Shown piece after piece: positions 11,186-24,168 of a DNA stretch of 40,136 nucleotides. The stretch is from Moniliella sp. 'wahieum' (taxonomy: Eukaryota): assembly GCA_003971905.1 (NCBI GenBank), contig RSEE01000089.1, positions 248,001 through 288,136 of the forward strand, in the 5' to 3' direction. Positions within the stretch are counted from its first letter, which is position 1. Each line of letters opens with the position of its first letter. The notes beneath the pieces were generated by a model. That model was not told where the DNA came from, did not search any database, and saw only the letters and a program-made list of their open reading frames with translations. A program made the translations under genes and the position numbers.

Positions 11186-14100
11186 ATGGATCCAACGCCA
11201 GCGGGGACGTCCAGCCCTGCTCCCCACCGTCAAGGCGCCCACTGGCTTCAGCCTCAGCCTCAGTTTCAGCCTTCGCTCTCGCCCGCGTCCCAGGCAGCTC
11301 CGGCCCCTCATCCAGCACCAGCCCTAACCCAAGCCGTGAGCCTAGTCCCAAGCCCAGCCCAACCCCAACGTTAGGACTCTCACCCCCTTACCTCGCTTAG
11401 CCACCGCTGTCGGTCACGACTGGGTCTTTGTCCAACCCGACCTGCGCCGCGCGCTGACCCGCCATGATGCCCAAAATCATAAGCTGTATATGGAGGGCTA
11501 CCTGAGCCGGCGGGACGACCTTTCCTCCGACGGCCGTCCCCTACGACCGACCGACCCGCGCAAGGCTTGGTGTCTTTGCTTTGTCCAGCTTACTGGCACT
11601 GTGCTCTCCATCTGGCGTGTACATGAACTGACGGCGGCGGCGCAGGCTCAGATGCAGGTCCTCCATTTTATATGGACGTGACGGAAGGGGTGGTGGACTA
11701 TGTGGGGGATCTTGGCGAGGCGGTTGCTTCGGTGCCCAACTCAAAGGGGACATACGAGAATGTTTTTCGCTCTGCACGGCGGGCGGTAACCGCTCGTACT
11801 GGTGTATCGAGGGTCCGGTTGGACCACGCCTGGTGCAGGCCTGGGTCAATGCCTTACGCCTCGCATCGTGGGAGAAGATGCGGCTCCAGGAAATATACAC
11901 GGCTGCTCTCCTTCGTGCCCATCGATTCCCTCCTGTGGATTCGCGGACGCGGCGGATGAGTTCACTGGGAAAGCCGCTCACTCTCGGCGACCCGACTTCC
12001 CTCCCCGCCTTGGATGAAGACCAACTACCTTCGCCAGGCGATGAGGCTGACTTTTCCCTGGACATGGTTTCCTCGCCCATTCAGAAGGGCCGTATGGCTG
12101 GGAAAGTCAAGGCACGCTTCATGGGCTCGACTGAGTGGAAAAATGCATATCTCGTCCTGGCCGCCTCCCCTGAAGATGCGAGCAGCACGGCCACCAAGCC
12201 GTGGTATCTGAAGCTAGGCTCGGCCGGAAATCGCTCCAGTTTGCTCTTTTCGCACACCTCTGAGTTTACTCCAACCTACGACCCCTTCTTGGGCACTGTT
12301 CCGCCACCGGGGGTCGCCCCAACCAAAGCGGTGGCATACTTTTACGAGTCAAAGTCGGCATACCATACCGGAGCTCGCCCTACGCAAGCGTCATCTACGC
12401 GGCTCATGTATATGCCGTCTACCCGTCACGGGCCGAGTTGGTGCAGGAATCGACTCTTTTCAAAGTTGAGGGAATGGTCTCCCCTCAGTCTCAGGAAAAA
12501 TGCGCAAGGCAGGTGGGTGATGCTCATGCCCGCGTCTGAGCAGGGGAACAAGACAATGATGCATGGATCCTGGGTATGTTCGCTTCTTCCTGAATCACAC
12601 TTTCTGTGCTGACCCTACGCAGGTTTCCTGGACGTGTTTCAACTCTACGGGCGGCCGGAACGGTTAAGCCTGGATCCACATGAGGAGAGTTCCCCCTTCT
12701 TTGCCTATCCGGTCGGAAAAGAGCGGGACCGGCTCTTCCTCGATCGGGAGCACACCGAGTTCCTCGACGTCACTATGACTTTCTTACCCACCGAGCTCAG
12801 GTGCACTCGGTCATGGCCTTGCGAATGCAGGGGAAGGCCGCTCTTGTCTCCTCTCCCGCAGCTTAACAAGGAAGCAGCATCTTTCCTTTCCGCCGGAAAG
12901 GGGATGATCAACCTCCCCAGACGTGCTGATTGGCAAGACGAGCCATCAACTGAACCCCATGCTCCGCGGCCCGAGACCGCTCGGCTTATCCATCGTCCCC
13001 TACAGGCGATATAACCGCGGCGATGTCTCGCCTAAGGTCCCTTCATCTGTCTCCCACTCTGGAGAAGGAGGAAACGCCCACTTCCCTTACCTCTCAGTCC
13101 TGCATCTCGTCGCACACACCGAATTGATTCGCCAGGCGTGCTGACTGGTGCCCATCCTCACTTTCCATCAGGAGAGCACTCGGCCTTCTCTGCTTCAGTG
13201 AAGCAGAACACCCCAATCCTCGTACCCTCTTGTTCCTCCCAAGTGGAAGCGCCCTTAGCGCAGATGGAAAACAGGGACCCTCAGCATCTGTCCGTTACGT
13301 TCGACCTTGTACCTTCATCCACTTTTCCCCCAGTAGCGCAGGCTCACCCCTTCTTGGTACACCTTTGGTCATCACAAATCTTGCCCCTGGTGAATGCACC
13401 AGTTCCAGCTCCAGCTCTAGCTCTCAGTTCCCGCTCCAGTCTCCGTGCAAGTCCCAAACCGAGTCCGAGTCCCCTTGCTGCTCACACCAGAGAAAACGAT
13501 AGCGTGGAACCCCTCCCGCTCTCCATATGGAGTTACATTACCGCCTCCATCTCGCCTACTATCCGATTTCTCTCTTCCCTTGGCCTGCGATGCCCGCCCC
13601 TACCGGCACCTGTTTGGATGGGACTGTTTCTCCCTTAGGGTGCGCCATGACCGACACGAACCCCCCAATCTCCCCTCCACGCCCCGAGTCACCTCCAAAC
13701 CAGCCCGCAGGTCTGCCGGTCCCCGCACCTTCCAGTCCAATTTCACCGCTTTCCCAACTTCCCACGAAGATATCACCCTTCCACACGAAAAGGGAAGAAA
13801 CAAAAGCGACAAGGCACCCTTCGAGTCTTCCTCCCACCCCTCTCCTAAAGAGTCTCCCCCTTCTTCAACTTCGCCTGGAGACATGGATCCTTCTTCCCTG
13901 GCCCCAGGTGTACACCCACCTATGATGGGCTATCTATCGAATCCGTACGCGGCATGGCCGGGGATGCCCATGGCGGGAATGCCCATGTCGGGGATGCCAT
14001 CATGCCGGGAATGCCCATGCCAGGGATGGCCTTTCCAGGGATGGCCATTCCAGGGATGGCCTTACCGGGAATGCCTATGCCGGGTATGGCCGTTCCTGGG

Positions 14101-14349
14101 ATGCCTATGCCGGGAATGGGTATGGGAATGCCCTCGATGCTAGGAATACAGGGCATGGGAACACGCTATACCGATCCGTATGAGCTGCGGATCCAGCAAG
14201 AAAATGCGCTTCAGGCGGCTCAGTTGGCGTATGCTCAGGCCATGGCTCAGCCTCCATCCTCTCCTCATCCTCCGGGCTCCCCAAGAGCACCTCCGTATCC
14301 GTGGGGCCCAATGGGTTATCCCTCTTTCAACTCTGGCCAGGAGAGCTAA
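11186..14349 (+). CDS. Skg3/Caf120-like PH-domain protein with Pro/Ser-rich tail; intron 12574-12622; frameshifted
   Basis: KLYMEGYL....D...DG, W..CFVQLTGTVLSIW, WVNALRLASWEKMRLQEIYTAALL, KARFMGSTEWK, AVYP.R.ELV..STLFKVEG and DVFQLYGRP...DP....S.FFAYP..RLFL. Confidence 0.75.
13958..14133 (+). repeat. Coding 15-bp tandem repeat encoding (PGM[AP][MFILV])n, ~11 units
   Basis: ccgggaatgcccatg-like units, translated PGMPMPGMAFPGMAIPGMALPGMPMPGMAVPGMPM. Confidence 0.9.
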
Positions 14350-14697
14350 GACCATCCGATTTCTGTTATATTCCTACAGTTGGCTTACTGTTGGGCTTGA
14401 TACCCCCCCTTATCCCCTTTCCTCCCTGTTCTGTTAGGGCCTTTTGATGATACAAAACCGAATCGCTGGGTAGTGTAACGTTACCGCTTCTTCCTTTTCG
14501 ACTTTTTTTGCCATGCATCCGAATCTCCTTCAGCCAGCATGTGCCTGTGTATTTCGATGAGCATGGGGCGGGCGGGGCCTTACTACCTCACTGGGAGGAG
14601 GAACCTCCGCTCAGGATAGCACTCTTACACGCACGTGATCTTCTCTCTCTCGTCTGAGCCCGTGCGCTTGGGCTGAGTCCAGTTATTCTCTTCTCAA

Positions 14698-15226
14698 ATG
14701 GCAGACCCGTTTTTCATTCGCCAATCTTGCCCGCGCTGAGGAGCTTGCCTCGAAATTGTCGTTCTCCGACGATGCTCGTCATTATCCAGCACTTCTCTCC
14801 CCCGCCAAAGGAGTCAACAGCTGGGTCGATTGTAGCCGTTTCGAAGAGAGGAGCTCATTCCCCCTGTTGGCACCAGTTTTCTCCTCGTCCACAAACTCAT
14901 CCGATCCTGTAGATGAGTCGTCCTCATACACCTCAATGGCTCACCATGGCATGAGCTCAGCCATTGAGTTTTCAGCGCCTCTTGAGCAGGAATACACTAT
15001 TGGAAACGTAAATTCAATGTATCTAACGCTTCTATTATTTCAATGGCCTGTCGAACACCCCCCCCTTCGCCTGGACGGAACAGCATCTGGAGAGATTGTG
15101 CGCATCTATGTTCCAACTTCCACTTGTGGCTTATTGGAGTACCGAGTTCGGACATTCCGTAGTCCTAAACTGAGTACTGACGCTCATATACATCCTGTGT
15201 GGAGGTGTGTAAAACAGAGCATATGA
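14698..15226 (+). CDS. Possible hypothetical protein or gene fragment
   Basis: ATG at 14698 after a pyrimidine tract and a 156-aa ORF joined by one frameshift; no recognisable domain. Confidence 0.2.
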
Positions 15227-16108
15227 AGCAGTCAAAGAGAATCGCGCGAGTGCGACGACTAACAAGATGGAATATGGCAACAGCGATATCGGTACGAGAG
15301 AGATGAAGCTTGAAGACTAATAACTCGACGGTGTATTAGTACCACCTTCTAAAGGCCATATTAGCGCCTCAATAGTTTAGCGCTGAGCTCAGCACCACTT
15401 CGCCGGCCCAATGTCGAGCTCGATCCCACGGGAGCGTGCATAATAGAATGGCGCAGTCGCTACATGACTATTACGCAGCTGTTGAGCACGTCATCGCGAG
15501 TCAATAAGACGCGCAATGGCCGCGGGCCAGGACAGACGAGGCACAGCGAGCGCGCCACGAGGGACTGGCGAGGAAAGCATGTGGGCCTGGGCCTCGGCGT
15601 GTCTGTCCGCGGAAGTCGGAGGAGATGCAGTATGGCTGGTGTGGCAGATGTGGCCCGCGCTGCCTTCGCCTCCCCCTCATCGATCTCATCAGCGCCTCGT
15701 TGTGAAGGGACACCGTGCAGAGGGCCCCTGTCGTATTCGGAGCGGGCCGGATCATTGGTCGAGTGCCTGTTAGCGATGATTCATCGATATATCTATCTAT
15801 CGATCCAGGAGGCTAATCGATAATCGGCCCCACCCGTCGCAGTCCGTGGCTGCGTGGCTCGCTGTAGCAGTGTAATCTCCGAGTCCGGTCCCCACGTGAG
15901 CAGTGTGGTTTTGCAATCCTTATTCCACGCCGGCTGCCAAACGCCGGCGCTGGAAAAAGCCCGCAGACAATGAATTGATTAGAATGGCGACGCGTCTATG
16001 CATTTTTTCCCCTGCCCCTCCCGGCCCATCCCGCCTCGTTCTCTACCACCACCACCTAGCACGGCCCCAGCCGCTTCGTTTGACTGCAGTGCGTGTCCAG
16101 CCCCCGCC

Positions 16109-17448
16109 ATGTCTGCCACGCTTGGTCCTTGTCCTTTCCACACCATGTGGTACACCGCCTATACCGACCTTTCCCCCAAAGGAGACAGGGACCCGTCGCC
16201 CGCCCCCACCAGTCCCGGATCCTCTCCTCTCCTCCTTTCCACGATGTGCAGCTGTCCAGCTACGCCTCCCGCTCCGGAGCGAAAACTGCTTCCCTACCAG
16301 CGGTCGTCCTCGGAGCTGCTCCCTCTATTATTCCGCCATCCAGGGCTCAGGCCATTGACATTCTTCGTGCAGAAGCACGTGCCTTGCTCGCCGCTGCGGA
16401 ACGCCTCAGCCGACCGGTCGAGGACTTCGCTACCTCACCCGGCCAGTCATTTGATCATGCTGTCGAGGTAGCGTTGGAAGCTGTACGACCGCGTAGGGTC
16501 TGATGGCAAACTTCGACGCGCTCGGGCAAACTGGTGTGGTGTGGGGTGGGCAAGTCGGGATTGATTGGACGCAAGTTGCATGCCACCTCCCTCTCCCTGG
16601 GTATTCCCTCGGCCTTCCTGCATCCAATCGAGGCGCTGCATGGCGACCTGGGCATGGTAGAGCGGAAAGATGTGGTGCTCATTCTGTCCAACTCGGGGGC
16701 GACGAGTGAGTTGTTGGCCCTCACTCCGCACCTCTGCGACAGGGGGGCACGTATGATTGCGCTCTGTGGCAAGCCCGACTCCGATCTTGTCCTCCAGTCT
16801 GACGCATGGATCGACTGTCGCCTCCCGCTTCTGCACCACCCCACGCCTCGGGCGCCACCAGCGTTTGCATCGTCAAATAGCTCGCGCACCCCTTCTTCCG
16901 CATCTACGCCTGGCCTGTCTTCCACCTCGGTATCGGGGGAGGAGGACTGGAGCGCTGAGGTCGAGTCCGCTGCCATGCTCTCGCTGGACGAGCCCTGTGG
17001 TTCCGGTCCTGAGCCCAGCACGCAAGAACCGGAAGCGTGGGGTCCTGTGCCTGCCCCCAGCTCCTCCACTACCCTCGCCTTGGCCATGGGCGACGCGCTC
17101 GTTTTTGCGCTGGCGCAAGCGCTGGGGCATGGCAAGGCGCAATTTGCTCTCAACCACCCAAATGGCGATTTGGGGCGGCAGCTGCGGGGCGAACGAGAGC
17201 AGTATAGTGCCAGCATCAGCTGTCGCACCGGATGCATCTGTCCCCACTCCTGCTCGCCTTGGTGGCGGAGCTACACCGCAGCTAGTGCGTTCCGTTCCGT
17301 ACCGTTGTTGTTCAGTCTGTGTTCTTTGTCCCGGCTGCAAGCTTCATATCTAGCGTTTTCCACTTGCCTCTGGGCTTGTCGCTCTTGGTATACCAACGTT
17401 CTTGGTCAGCTAGCCTCGAGGCAAGCGGGAAAAGCCGCAAAACAGTGA
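16109..17448 (+). CDS. SIS-domain sugar-phosphate isomerase, KpsF/GutQ/KdsD-like, without CBS domains; ends uncertain
   Basis: AIDILRAEARAL, GKLVWCGVGKSGLIGRKL..T..SLG.PS.FLHP.EALHGDLG, SNSGATSEL, PAPSSSTT...AMGDAL and FALNHP.G.LG. Confidence 0.88.
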
Positions 17449-17655
17449 CGGTAACATCTTCGCTCAACCGATGTTTAATCTATGAAGGTGCTCTCCACAC
17501 AACACGAGTTTGATACGAAAACAACTTGACTGCATTTCACTTATAGAAGGGAAGATGGACGAACCTAGCGGGAATTGTCAAACATTGACGTCTGCACATC
17601 GATGGCGACAATGACCGATGAACTGAGGCTGCACACATGCAAAAAGAGCAAAGTG

Positions 17656-18116
17656 TCAGTAACAGAATCGAAGGAATCCGTCAAGAATCAGAGAAGTGCC
17701 GGAAAAAATTGGGTTCGGGCCTTTTCGGCAGCAATTGTACGTAGACCGTCGTGATATGATCATCATCAAAGGAAAAGGAAGAACAAACTTACCATTGGAA
17801 GCTTGCCCTGGAAGAGGTCTCATCAAGAGAGGCAGAGTAACATGAAGCGGTTGGGGGTATACTGTAACCACAAGAGTTGTCAGCACATCATGTCCAAGCG
17901 CCGCAAATGAAGAGCTCATAAAACAGCCTTGTTATCCTCAGCAGGCGGTGGCCCCTTGCAGTGGGGCACACCTCGGACGGTAATTCCAATTATTAATCCT
18001 TGCGAGAGCGCGCAGACCAGGAAGTATTGCTCACCATTAGTCAGGGACGATGAAGCTGAAGCGACGGCCAAGGTAAAGGGTATCGAGATGGACCTGAGTA
18101 ACGATTGTGTCAGCAC
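17656..18116 (-). pseudogene. Possible decayed monocarboxylate-type (MCH-like) MFS transporter fragment
   Basis: Hydrophobic fragments SSLT...QYFLVCALSQGLIIGI and NKAVL/MSSSFAALG resemble TM4-TM6 of MCT-family carriers; similarity judged by eye only. Confidence 0.3.
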
Positions 18117-19240
18117 ATAAGGTTCGCTGCACGCTGGAAGGGTGCGTCAGGACCAAAATGGATCGCGAACCAATCGACCGCGAGACTCTAGTTTGATAAA
18201 GTGGTAAAATCATCCGACAGGGTAGTAACCAGCACTCACCTTAGACGTCCAGGGTATCTTGAGAAATGTGGTCCGGCTTTGCCGGAGTTCACCTTTGCAT
18301 GGTCCTCATCAAGACAAGCGTGGGAAGGTGAGTGGTGGATGGCAGCAAGAGAAACGGAGAGAAGAAGAAAATTTATACCGGTCTGCAGAGGGATTGGGCG
18401 GAATGGTTGCAGAAGGAATCATTCCGCCAGATTACCTCCACCGCAGCAATTACATTATCTCACGTCGGACACGGGTAGTGTTGCGATTCACCGGGTCACC
18501 GGTCACCTGCCCCCGCCCATTGGGGCATGCACTGGGCCAAGTGTCCGCTATTGAGTGCTGTGCGGGTTCCACATTCCGCTGTGGCCAATACCGTCCCGCC
18601 GAAAGTAGAAAAAAAAGGAAAAAGAGAAGGTTTGCCGCTTCGCAAGACTGCCGCGCGCTTTCAGGCAATCTGCCCCCAAGCATGGCACTGGAATCCACCG
18701 AGACGTTCGATTGAGGCCGGCCTGGCGGAGTGCGCAGCAGAACTGCCTCCTCCATCTGTTTCCGCCCTCACAGGCGGAACCACATTACCAAACCGCTTAC
18801 GTGGATGAGCTAAGCACGCTTTGCAGACGCGCCGCTCACCACTACCTCAGTCCTTCGATGGCAGCCCAACTAAGACGGGCGCACAACAGAGAACAGAATT
18901 CCCAAAGTACAGCCATTACAGCTGTCCCAGCGATACGTAATACCCTGCGCCACGCCGCTGATTTGTATACCAGTCGCCATGCAAAACAATTTAATTTCCT
19001 CTGTCTATCTAGATCATTTTCTTGCACCATACACCCTAGCGGTAGACGCATACCAATCATGAGGCTTTTTGTGGGCGACACATCCGCAACGCATTCTCAG
19101 GCGGATCGTCCTGCAATACCACGCGTGTGTTCTTCTAGTCTTTTGCGTCCGTGGCGCCTCTCGCGGACAGGAGAGTGACACTAGTGACATGAGAATGTTA
19201 CGTAACCCGGAGTGCTCTCTCGTCCTGTGAGCGGCGGCTG

Positions 19241-21421
19241 ATGTTGGCGCCACAGCTGCAAGAGCCAGCCGCCGCTCGGCCGGGCGTAAGCTTGGCTGGC
19301 CCCCGTCGGCGCTCGACCCCCGTTCGCTCGCCTGCGTTGCTCCCACGCCCTGCCGCCCCCCGGCGTCTGCCTCGATGTGCGTCCGCGCCGCCCACCCGCC
19401 TCGGCCGCAACGCCTGTCGATGCAGCCGCTTCGCACGCAGCGCCCCCTGGCGCTTCGCCTGGCTCGGGCGCCTGGGCGCTGGTGGTGCGGCCAGCGCAAC
19501 CGCCGGCGGTAAGCGCCTCATCCTCCCTGAGGCCCGCTGGAGGCGCTTTCCGCGCGCTGCCGCTCCCGAACTGGGGCCTGCTGGCGTCACCGACCCACAC
19601 GCGATTGCCTTTGGCTTTAACAGCTCCCTCCTGCCTCCCGCCCATCAGCCACCTCCACCCGCCGCCCCGTCGAATATGATATGGACGAGCAGGATGCCCA
19701 ATGGCTGTCTCTTCTCAATGATGCCCGCCGCAGCGCCAACTTTGCCCCGGTATCCCCGAGCTTTCGAGCTTATACTGGACCGCTTCGAACGGGAGGGCGT
19801 GTTTGATGGTACGTGCCCCCGTCCTGCTGGGACGTATGGATGGCACATCAACTGACTCTCCCAACCGCCAGGCTCGTTCGCGCGAATATCTATCAGCGTT
19901 GAATGGATCCAGTGATGCTGGTGATCCCACTATTGTCAATGCCCCCTGGCAATGGGACGCATGTTTCCCACAGTCCGCAACCGACGATGTCGAACTGGAC
20001 GAGACCCATCTCGCTGCGCTGTCTGTGACGATGGGGAGTGCGAGAGCGGCAACCAGATTGTCTATTGCGATGGGTGCAACCTCGCCGTCCACCAAGTCTG
20101 CTACGGCATTCCTTACATCCCTGAAGGGCAATGGCACTGCCGCCGCTGCGACTCGGGCAACGGACGCAGGTTGCGGTGTGAACTGTGCCCCCACAGTGAA
20201 ATTCCCATCGACCTCCCTGTGCATCTGCCTATAGCATCAGGTCAACCTTTACCCTATCTCCACCTCTCTGGTGCGCGTCCGGGTCTCGATGCCGCGTTGC
20301 GAGCGGCTGCGTCCGATCAGACGATTCTATCCTCACTGCCACTTCCATCGATCCACCAACATCTTTGACTGCATGGAAGCAAACGACCCAGGGGGCTTGG
20401 GTTCACCTTCTCTGCGCACTCTGGATCCCGGAGACGGACATTGCCCCGACACGGTTGCCCTACATGGAGCCGGTCCAAGGTGTAGAGACCGTGCCCCGGG
20501 AGCGACGTGCCTTGACGTGCTACCTGTGTCGCTCCCCTTCCAAGGCACCTCCCCTTCGCATGCCGGGGGCGTGCATTGAGTGCAGTCATCCACCGTGCCT
20601 GTTGGCTTTCCATGTGACGTGTGCGCGCGCCGCCGGACTGCTCACAAGGTCACTCGTCGCTTTGAGCACGAGGTGGAGGACGAGGGCGAGACTTGGAAGA
20701 TGTGGTGCCACCGTCATTGTCCTGCTGGGCATGAGACGCATGGGTCCTACACTCCATCCGATCGAGAGGCCATTTTCAGCGTCTTAAGGTCCGCGCCCGT
20801 AATCGTGCCCGACTTGGCGCTTGCTCAGCGTACCCCACCAGCGCCACGACACGCGCGAACGCGCACCACAAGTCGGCCCAGAGGATGCTGCAGTCCTTAA
20901 TCCACAAGCCTGTGGCAAACGCGTACATGATCGACCGAGTACGCGCGTATGTTGCCCGCATGCCACTTTCACCTGAAGGATCCAACGACGAGCAGACCAA
21001 AGAGGACAAGTACAACGTCATCATCTCGGTGGCCAAGTACTGGGCGCTCAAGCGGCAGGCCGCACGAGGGGCACCTTTGATCCGAAGGTTCATCATTGAC
21101 CCTGTCGTGCAGGCTGACGCTCCGCCGCCCTTCCCCCCTCCTACCCAGCCGCTTCATGCCCTGCGTTTGGACCCCAGGCCCAAAAAGGGTCGCAAGCCAG
21201 TTTTCCCCCGTCTCGCTATCACGGTGCAAGTGGCCGTACAGGAAGCCACGCAAGCCATTGGCCGCGTTCTCCGGGCCGTTCCTCAAGCACAGAGAAACAA
21301 AGTCTGGTCCCAGATCGTCGCCCTGTCCCACGGGCCCTTTTTCTCCTTCGCTCAGTTCACGTTTGCTGTAGAAGGCTGCTTGAGGGCTTGCCCATCTCAA
21401 TTCGAGACACGGTGGAGATGA
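19241..21421 (+). CDS. NTO1: NuA3 HAT complex subunit Nto1 / BRPF-like protein (EPL1 + PHD-Zn knuckle-PHD); intron 19809-19871; frameshifted, start uncertain
   Basis: [87 protein letters not shown]....[13 protein letters not shown] and [17 protein letters not shown]. Confidence 0.9.
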
Positions 21422-24168
21422 TCTTGTTGGCCGCCAAGCCCCCCGATCCAGTTTTCTCGGGGTTCCATGGCGTCGGGACACCACCCATCAGGATCTGACC
21501 AGCTCCGCTCTCGTGTAGGGCCTTGCCTCCCTCCCCAACGGCCGTGGATCCAGAATGACGTCTACCATCGCTTACTCCATTCCGCCTCCCGTCCGCCCCT
21601 TGCGCCGCTGCTAGGACCCTCCCAAGTCGACGCCAGGCAGTGTACCCCAGCCGTCACGTCGGGGTCTTTTCCGACGCCCGCTCCTGGCATATCTGACCCC
21701 ATCAGCGTCAACCATCATGTCCAGGAGGGTAGCCTGTGGGGGTTCTGACGTCAGCGGGGAACCCGATTATGCGGGTGACTCAGAGGCGATGGAAACACCC
21801 CGTGTCAGGGAGAACGGCGATGGCAAAGGGGCCAACATGGAGGAGGCCTCGCTGGATGTCTCCACTGACCTCCATGTTGATGCTGCTGGCGATTCGATAC
21901 AGATATTGACGCCGACGAAGATGCGGAAGGCGAAGCGGATGGTGGAGACTGGTATGAGGTACCGCAAACGAAATGGCGGTTTCAACCTTCCCGACGGCCT
22001 TACGGCTTGGGTCTCCACCACTGCCATCATCATCATTATTATCGTACCCCCGCGTGGATGCCATTTTTCCCCTCACCCCGACAGCGATACTATGAATGTT
22101 GGGGGTGCTGGGACACCGGGCCGGTCGCAAATATACCCCAAGTGTTGACTATAAGGTCTCAACCCTCATTGATGCATCCGTCACCACGGACACAAGACGT
22201 CTCAAGTACCATTGTGGCGGCTCCTGTGCATGGCATGTATTTCACCAACAGTGCTGATGATGACTCAGACGGTTACCATCGCCTGGGTTCATTGGTCCAT
22301 TTCCCCCCCTACCACACTCCCGATTCAGGGGTGCTTGAACCACCGCAGCAGCTATTATCGCGCCATTCTCTACAACATCTTTTCTGAGGCCGGCTGTGTA
22401 TCTTCCATCATGAGCGGCACCATCAGTCTCCTCCCTCTAACTCTGCCACACCCGATGCTGTGCCAACCTTCAGCGTGGCACCACATGCACCAGCCTTTAG
22501 AGGCCCATTCCCTTCCCCGGCTCCAATCAGGGTTCATGAGTACATCCCAAAACATCCACACCCTGGCTGGGAGATCGCAAGCACCAGTGCTCCATTAAGC
22601 ATGGCCGAACTACCTCTTTCCAGCATAGGCCAAGGCGAACTAGCCACATCAAGTTTTGCTCCTACTGCCTCCCACACTCATCAAGCAAATGCAACATCAT
22701 CTCAGTCTTCATGGCCAGGCAGTGCGCAGCCGGCCTATTTCGATTTCGGTCGCCCGCCATCTGGTAGCCTGCCTCTCTCGCAACTTCCACGGCTCACTCA
22801 TGCACGCTGCAGTACCAATACTGAAGGTTCCGTCTCCATACCCGCTTCGCATCCCTTGGTCTCCTCGAGCGACTGGATCGCATTTGTCCCACCCATGTCT
22901 CGTGTCTCTGGAACTGCTCATTCCTCTCACTCCGCTCCTTTTATCAAGGGAAAGGCGTGGAAGGAAGAGAACGTGCGGGGGATGAGGCTTTAGGATTAGC
23001 CCCCGCTGGACCATCAGAGAATTCGCAAGCAACATTATCCTTGTCAGGAACTTCAGCTCACCCGAGCCAACTCCTCGAACCGGCAGCGAATGAGAGAGGG
23101 CGTGGCCCTCGAGAAAAGGTAAGAATCCCATCCGCTAAGTTCTTATTCAACCAGCTTCGCCATGCTGGGTTGTCTAATGAAGTTCCAAGTGGTTCGTGTG
23201 CGGATGAATGTGTCGATGGATTAATGACCTCCTTCTCGTTTCCTTCCCAGCCGCCCGTCGAAGGGGATCCCTCCAGGCCAATGGGAGGCAACGACCCACC
23301 CCTTCCCACTGCATGGTCGACTGCCCCTATTCGTAAAACGTATGCCCTTCGCCGATCATTGCACACTTCCGGGACCGAAGAGGAAGAAAACAGCAACCCA
23401 TCACGAAATGGGCAGGCTTCATCAAGCAAAAGAGCACGATATCTTTCCCCAGCGGCAGAGGGAGAAGTTGCGCGCACGGCCGAAGAGAAGACTACGCCAC
23501 TTGCTGCGACGCGTAATGCCTCTGCTTCTGCTAGGGGTAGCAGCCCCCCCGGCCAATTGGGATCGCACAAGGCATCTACGGCTAAGTCACGGGACGTTGG
23601 CGAAGTGTCAGCTACGTCTTTTGGCGCGCCAGCCCTAAGCGAAAGGGGAGGGCCGAGCTCGTCCTCTACTCTTTTGGCTGCTGGGACCGCGTCAGATCTA
23701 CCTGCCTCACAGCCGATCCAATCTACCCTCCACAGCTCCGCGCTTGCATCGGAAGAACCGACGGCTGCGAGCAGCCCGCGGCGTCGTCGGAGGCAGCGTT
23801 CTTCCCCGGCCTCCTGGGGCTGGAGAACGTACGAGTGCAATCAAGCGAGGAAGTTACAGGACGGCAAAGCTTTGCCAAGTTCAACGAGGGCTGGATTCTC
23901 TCCGGCTCTCGCACCCGCACGGGTACCAGATCGAACGACCTACGGCGCTAATGGAGGGCGTGCGCCTTGTTGTTGTTCGGATGCGGAAACAATGTACCCT
24001 CTCCTCTCCTCCGCCCGCACTTGGGCTCCGCATGTCTTGGCACCATTCGAATCAATCAGACCGTCTACACGTACCATGCTTGCAGCTGGTTGGCTGAGCC
24101 GGAGAACCGTGCTGTTGCCGACGACTGAGCATTCAATAGTCACTAGTCATGGTGCATCTACCTGCTAG
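21422..24168 (+). CDS. Probable low-complexity Ser/Pro-rich C-terminal extension of the NTO1-like gene (or a separate gene)
   Basis: Chain of overlapping plus-strand ORFs (21717, 22460, 22957) with coding-like composition; possible intron ~23119-23250; no domain recognised. Confidence 0.4.
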
